Positions 36,130-40,363 of a stretch of 40,363 nucleotides of DNA are shown here, one piece after another. The stretch covers positions 1 to 40,363 of the forward strand of contig CALZAJ010000001.1 in NCBI GenBank assembly GCA_945613785.1, written 5' to 3'. The notes below the pieces were generated by a model. The model made no database searches. It had not been told where the DNA came from and saw nothing but the letters and a program-made list of their open reading frames with translations. The stretch is from an uncultured Verrucomicrobiota bacterium. Lineage in GTDB: Bacteria > Verrucomicrobiota > Kiritimatiellia > RFP12 > UBA1067. Numbering within the stretch: the first letter of the stretch is position 1; each line of letters starts with the position of its first letter. The translations under genes were made by a program, and so were the position numbers.

Positions 36130-36481
36130 CTCTGCGACCTCCTCCGTAGCTGACCGACGCCGACTCCAAGTGCGGAATCGCGCCGAACTTCGTGACCTTC
36201 ACGTGCGCATACCGCACCTTCTCCTCGATGAGACAGGCGTCTAGGACGACCTTGGCCGCATGCTCAAGCATGCGACATTTCTCCCAAATCAAAGACTCGG
36301 AAATCAGTTTCGCGAGCTTCGCATAGTCAACCGTATCCGAGAGGCGATCGCTGCGCGCCGCCTCGTCGCCAATCTCCAGCGACACGTCGACCCTCAGCTT
36401 CTGCGGAACAATGCGCTCATTCGGCAGGTCGCCGATGATGCATTCCACCATGAGTCCGTTCAATTCCAAAGTCATGGACAT
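36092..36481 (-). CDS. folB: Dihydroneopterin aldolase
   Basis: 129 aa. LELNGLMVECIIGDLPNERIVPQKLRVDVSLE and VDYAKL fit the FolB pattern. The Gly/Arg-rich tail is the part overlapping the Nudix gene. Confidence 0.8.
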   Translation of the reverse strand: MSMTLELNGLMVECIIGDLPNERIVPQKLRVDVSLEIGDEAARSDRLSDTVDYAKLAKLISESLIWEKCRMLEHAAKVVLDACLIEEKVRYAHVKVTKFGAIPHLESASVSYGGGRRDGGTQGIRGGGH

Positions 36482-36517
36482 ATTATACCATTCTACGGCG
36501 ATCTGTCGACTAACCCA

Positions 36518-37900
36518 TTACCAGCGCGCATTGACCGCCGCCTTGCGCTTTTCCGTCCAGAACTTCATGAAATCCGCCGCCACATTGCGGTGCGCGACCG
36601 CCGACCACGCCACGGCCGTCGCCTGATCGGCCGGCATGCCAGCCGCCGTCAGTTCGAGATATTTCGGAATGACCTGCCGGTACTCCGCGAATTCGCGACT
36701 CGTGTAAACGCCCTTCTCAAGGAAGTAGACCAGCGCCCAGGCCGTGCAGTAATGCAGGTTCTGGTCGCCGGAATAGAACTCGTCCCGCGTCATGCGCAAC
36801 ATACCGGAGAGACAGTTCGCATATCGGACAGGATCCTTCGCGACCCACGCCGCGCGATTGCCCTTCTCCACGACCTTCACCGCATTCTTCGCCGCATTGT
36901 ACTTGATGTTTTCGAAGAAACACGCATGGCCTTCGTTGAACCACATCGCGTGATTGGCATTCCCCGTCGCGTAATGCAGATATTGATGGAACGCCTCGTG
37001 CCGCATCGTGGACAGGGCTCGCTTCGGATCCTCCGCGGCAACGAGCAGTTCCGCGCGACTCGGATCCCAGAGGCCGACGCTCGTCGTGTCCATGAACCCA
37101 GTCGAAGCACGGTATTCGCGGTATTCCGCCAACGAGCGAAAGACCCGAACGACGCCGACCTCTACGTCCTTCCCCGGCGGAATATAGAACTCATAGCTGC
37201 GACGCAAGGCGTCGAGCTGCTTCATCGTATCCTTGATGAAGCGTCCGCCCTTCGCCTTGTCGAGATTCGTCAGGAAACGATAATGCTCGTTTGTCTCCTC
37301 CCACCACTTCATCGACGGCGCGGATGCACCGCTGCGCTTCAGGAGCGTCAGGGACTTCTCGCAACCCTTCAGCAGCTTCTCGGTCTCCTTCTCAGGCGAC
37401 GGAATGATTTCGGCAATCTCAAACTCCACGTAGAACCGCCGATTCTTCACCGTGACAAAACGACCTGTGCCGCGTCCTCCCCAATGTCGCTTCCAGCCTT
37501 CGAGCTCCTCCGGCGTAGCCTGGAAGGACGTCTCGAGCTCGTCAAGACGCGCCTCAATCTCATCCCGCTCACCGTCTGCGCGACCAAGGACCGGCGCCAG
37601 CGATTTCACGTTCGCCACGCGCTGGACGTTGCCATGCTTGTCCGTCCATTCGCCGATCAGTTGTCGGTTTCGCCAGAGATCGACAGGGCTGAACCACTTC
37701 ACGTCACGCGTCAGGCCATTCTCCATGACACGATAGAACCGGGCCTGCGGCGTCGGCGCAGGGACACCCTTGGCGCCGGCCAGCAGCCGGACCTTGACCG
37801 TACCGTCACCAATCGGCTCGGGTTGCGGCTTGAGCGCCGGCATGCCCCAGACGGACGCACAACACAGGATCAGAAAAAAGGTTAACGGACTTCTCTTCAC
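36518..37900 (-). CDS. Secreted putative zinc metallopeptidase (HEXXH; DUF1570-like)
   Basis: GTG start overlapping the upstream stop (GTGA). Signal peptide MKRSPLTFFLILCCASVWG. It has an HEAFHQYLHY motif. The family call is from memory of DUF1570-type proteins. Confidence 0.55.
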   Translation of the reverse strand: MKRSPLTFFLILCCASVWGMPALKPQPEPIGDGTVKVRLLAGAKGVPAPTPQARFYRVMENGLTRDVKWFSPVDLWRNRQLIGEWTDKHGNVQRVANVKSLAPVLGRADGERDEIEARLDELETSFQATPEELEGWKRHWGGRGTGRFVTVKNRRFYVEFEIAEIIPSPEKETEKLLKGCEKSLTLLKRSGASAPSMKWWEETNEHYRFLTNLDKAKGGRFIKDTMKQLDALRRSYEFYIPPGKDVEVGVVRVFRSLAEYREYRASTGFMDTTSVGLWDPSRAELLVAAEDPKRALSTMRHEAFHQYLHYATGNANHAMWFNEGHACFFENIKYNAAKNAVKVVEKGNRAAWVAKDPVRYANCLSGMLRMTRDEFYSGDQNLHYCTAWALVYFLEKGVYTSREFAEYRQVIPKYLELTAAGMPADQATAVAWSAVAHRNVAADFMKFWTEKRKAAVNARW

Positions 37901-40233
37901 GGACGATAGAAGAACAGCAGCGCATCAGTCACGGATATCATCAGCTGCTCCGGTTTGTAGTATCCGCTGGGCACCGTGTTCCGATCCGAGCCAAGCGGAA
38001 ACGTCACATGCCACTCACCGACAGCATTGTATCCGTCGATGATCGCAATGTCAAGCGGGTAACGACGATCCGTGACCTGCGGCATGAAGTCGTTCGCGCG
38101 GACGAGCCAGACAGGCTGGGAATTGTCGAGCCAACTCTTCACCGCGGCCTTCTGTTTCTCAAGTTCCGCCGCCGTCTTGACCTCGACGAAGGCTTTCTTC
38201 GTGTCCTTGACCTTGAGCTTCTTCGCGCATTTCTTGATCCAGGCCGGAAGCTTGCCGAAGTCACGGTCACGAAGGCCCGATGCGTTTGCAAGCTCCTTCA
38301 TCGCCCCGAAGTAGGCCTCGAACTCACCCATGCGGCTGCCAGGACGCCCCTCGGTCGGATGCGTATGGACGCGACGGACGTCGATTCCCTTGCCGCCCTT
38401 GGCGGGTCCGCCAGGCTGGACGCCGTAGTAGACGCCCGTCGACATCAGCGAAATGATCGTGCTTGCGGAATTGAACCACTGCCCGTCGGGATTGATCGTG
38501 AAATACCAACGCGTGATGTAGAAGTTGTTGAGAAGGTGATCCGTCAACAACGGCGGAACCTCCTCGACCGCCTTCGGCGTCGTGACCTCGATCTCCTTTT
38601 TCGAGTAGGTGATGCCGTTCGCGTTCTTCACGTACGCACGGACATAGTACTTCGTCCCGGGCTTGAGTCCGAGAATGCGCGCATCGTAGCGATCGTAGTG
38701 ATAGAGCGGATAACGGTTCTTCGCAATCGTGGGATTCTTCCGCACGTCCCACGTGAATCCGTACTCGTCCAAGAGCGGCTCGCCACGGTACATGATGTCG
38801 CAGACAGGACGCATCGAAGTCGGCAGGACCTCGGTCACTTCCGTCAGACGAATGCGAGGCAAGAGCGCGTCCTTGAGATCCTTCGGCGTCAGCTTCGGCT
38901 TGATGAAGGCGAGCTTGAACGAACATTTACCATCCGCCTCCTTGATGTCCGTGATCTCTATGCCACCGTCGATCAACGGTGGAATGCGCGCGACGATCGG
39001 ACTCTTCATCGTGAAACTGTCACCCGTATGGAAATAAGCCGCGGGACTGCTCCCCGTCGCCTTGAAGAACGGATCGTCCGCCCGATAGGTGTAACACAGG
39101 TCCGGCGGACCCATCATCGGCGAAGTGAAGGTGACGTTGATGACATGGATCAACAGACCCTGCTCGCCCGGATGCCCAACCGGTCTCTTCTCATTTGAGA
39201 CGTACTCGACGTAGAACATGTAGTTCGGATGCGAAGATGGAATGAAGCATCCGAGGGTCGGCTGCGGCGCGCGCGGCTCGCGCGAGACGCGCGACGAACG
39301 CGGATCAAGCGTATAGACACCGTCCGCCTTCAGGACAGGATAGGTCTCGGGCGGCACGAAGGCATGGTAGATGACGCGGTCACAGGCCATGCCCGTCGGA
39401 CTGTAGCTCCACGGCAGACAAGGCGTTCCCGCGAAACCGTCATGCTTCTCTGTCGCATGATAGTAGTCCGGAGAGCCGAGGTCGTGTCCCAGTTCATGCA
39501 CCATGACCTGTCCGTCCCCCGGCCACGTCGCCTGCGGCAGCGAATTCGGCCACAACGGCTCGGCCCAGGCAATCTGCGGATTGTACATCCCGATCTCATC
39601 CTTGTCCCAGGCGTTCTTGGGCTTCGGATAGGCCGTGCGCAGATGCTGCTCGACCTTCGCGCGGTCGAGGTTCTTGCAATAGACGTAACAGGTCAGCGCG
39701 CCCTTCTTGAAGCCCTTCCCGTTGCGCTGGACAAACGCCAGCGCATCCTGGCGCAACTTCACCGCGCGAGCCTGTCCCTCCCCGTCATTGTTCCAGCCGA
39801 TCTTGTTGCCCCAGCGATCCCAGCGACAGTAGTAGCCAAAAGGATTGGGCGCGACATAGACCGTCGGATAAACCGCCAGGACCGGATACGTCGTATTCTG
39901 CGAATAGTCATCGTAGTAGTCCTTGATCGTATAGGCTCCGCCCTGAATGTGATCCAGGTCGTTCATCACCGCCTTCGGGTCTGGCGGCGTGCAGTCCGGA
40001 AAGGTGATGCAGACGAGATCGACCTGAAAAGCCCCCGTAAAGACCGGCTTCAGACGCTTCGGACCCCAGTTCGCCGTCGTGATCTTCTGATCGGCCGTGC
40101 GACTCTGGAATTCGTTCGGCAACGGCAGCTTCCCCGGCGCCGCACCCTTGCCCTTCGACGGCGCGGCAATGGCACCGCCGGCAAAAAGCACGGCGGCGGC
40201 CAGGAACAACAGATTTGCGCGAAAACGAATCAT
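37897..40233 (-). CDS. Secreted M6-like (immune inhibitor A type) metalloprotease with an Fn3-like module and a large C-terminal region
   Basis: 778 aa. Signal peptide MIRFRANLLFLAAAVLFAGGAIA. Zinc motif VMVHELGHDLGSPDYYH, matching the M6 signature HExGHxLGxPDxY. It has an Fn3-like segment (GLKPGTKYYVRAYVKNANG). Confidence 0.75.
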   Translation of the reverse strand: MIRFRANLLFLAAAVLFAGGAIAAPSKGKGAAPGKLPLPNEFQSRTADQKITTANWGPKRLKPVFTGAFQVDLVCITFPDCTPPDPKAVMNDLDHIQGGAYTIKDYYDDYSQNTTYPVLAVYPTVYVAPNPFGYYCRWDRWGNKIGWNNDGEGQARAVKLRQDALAFVQRNGKGFKKGALTCYVYCKNLDRAKVEQHLRTAYPKPKNAWDKDEIGMYNPQIAWAEPLWPNSLPQATWPGDGQVMVHELGHDLGSPDYYHATEKHDGFAGTPCLPWSYSPTGMACDRVIYHAFVPPETYPVLKADGVYTLDPRSSRVSREPRAPQPTLGCFIPSSHPNYMFYVEYVSNEKRPVGHPGEQGLLIHVINVTFTSPMMGPPDLCYTYRADDPFFKATGSSPAAYFHTGDSFTMKSPIVARIPPLIDGGIEITDIKEADGKCSFKLAFIKPKLTPKDLKDALLPRIRLTEVTEVLPTSMRPVCDIMYRGEPLLDEYGFTWDVRKNPTIAKNRYPLYHYDRYDARILGLKPGTKYYVRAYVKNANGITYSKKEIEVTTPKAVEEVPPLLTDHLLNNFYITRWYFTINPDGQWFNSASTIISLMSTGVYYGVQPGGPAKGGKGIDVRRVHTHPTEGRPGSRMGEFEAYFGAMKELANASGLRDRDFGKLPAWIKKCAKKLKVKDTKKAFVEVKTAAELEKQKAAVKSWLDNSQPVWLVRANDFMPQVTDRRYPLDIAIIDGYNAVGEWHVTFPLGSDRNTVPSGYYKPEQLMISVTDALLFFYRP

Positions 40234-40298
40234 TTCACGCCAATCTTCTTGATGCGCTTGAGGATATCGGCCTTGCCTTCGGACGAGATCGACTTGTT
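40230..40298 (-). CDS. 3' end of an unidentified upstream ORF (only the last 22 codons look genuine)
   Basis: It reads ...NKSISSEGKADILKRIKKIGVK*. The stop overlaps the M6 protease ATG (ATGA). Further upstream the frame runs into adapter-like sequence and stop codons. Confidence 0.25.
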   Translation of the reverse strand, partial: NKSISSEGKADILKRIKKIGVK

Positions 40299-40353
40299 AT
40301 TGATTCGGAGTCCACCGAGATCTACTCGTTCTTAGTTCTACAGTCCGACGATC
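40299..40353. other. Illumina P5 / small-RNA (RP1/RA5) adapter-like sequence, probably a technical artefact at a contig end
   Basis: Exact 14-mer CCACCGAGATCTAC at 40312-40325 and exact 20-mer AGTTCTACAGTCCGACGATC at 40334-40353. The whole stretch aligns with a few mismatches to AATGATACGGCGACCACCGAGATCTACACGTTCAGAGTTCTACAGTCCGACGATC. Confidence 0.8.
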
Positions 40354-40363
40354 AACAATGATG

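Overview
GC-rich 40.4-kb chromosomal window, densely packed with about 46 CDS, almost all housekeeping. From about 10.4 to 32.5 kb every gene is on the minus strand, and many start/stop codons overlap.

Recognisable content:
- Folate and cofactor genes: folP, folB plus a Nudix gene, metF, ribH, ispH, mazG.
- RNA modification: trmD, tgt and two RluA/RluD pseudouridine synthases.
- A feoA-feoB iron-uptake operon with an unlisted small Cys-rich ORF and a putative outer-membrane barrel.
- A tandem hsp20 pair.
- An amino-acid ABC importer locus with substrate-binding domains fused to the permeases and an embedded NhaC-type antiporter.
- Anaerobe-type genes: desulfoferrodoxin, a 2x[4Fe-4S] ferredoxin and a PPi-dependent phosphofructokinase.
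- Envelope genes: L,D-transpeptidase, LysM protein, DsbD-like protein, MscS, YajC, ComEC.
- Two tandem secreted HEXXH metalloproteases.

The gene content suggests an anaerobic diderm bacterium, possibly of the PVC group. That taxonomic guess is inference only.

I found no rRNA, tRNA, CRISPR array, transposase or integrase, reverse transcriptase, or recognisable defence or toxin-antitoxin module. I therefore cannot point to a self-contained novel gene system.

The strongest unexplained signal is a perfect 13-mer, GGGGACAGACCCC:
- It occurs six times on one strand within 390 bp of the folP coding sequence without breaking the frame.
- Two further perfect copies lie in rnhB and the Nudix gene, and a 1-mismatch copy lies in rluD.
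- This behaves like a selected genomic word, either uptake-sequence-like or a protein-binding array.

Separately, the last ~55-65 nt of the window match Illumina P5/small-RNA adapter sequence. This is probably an assembly artefact at a contig end.
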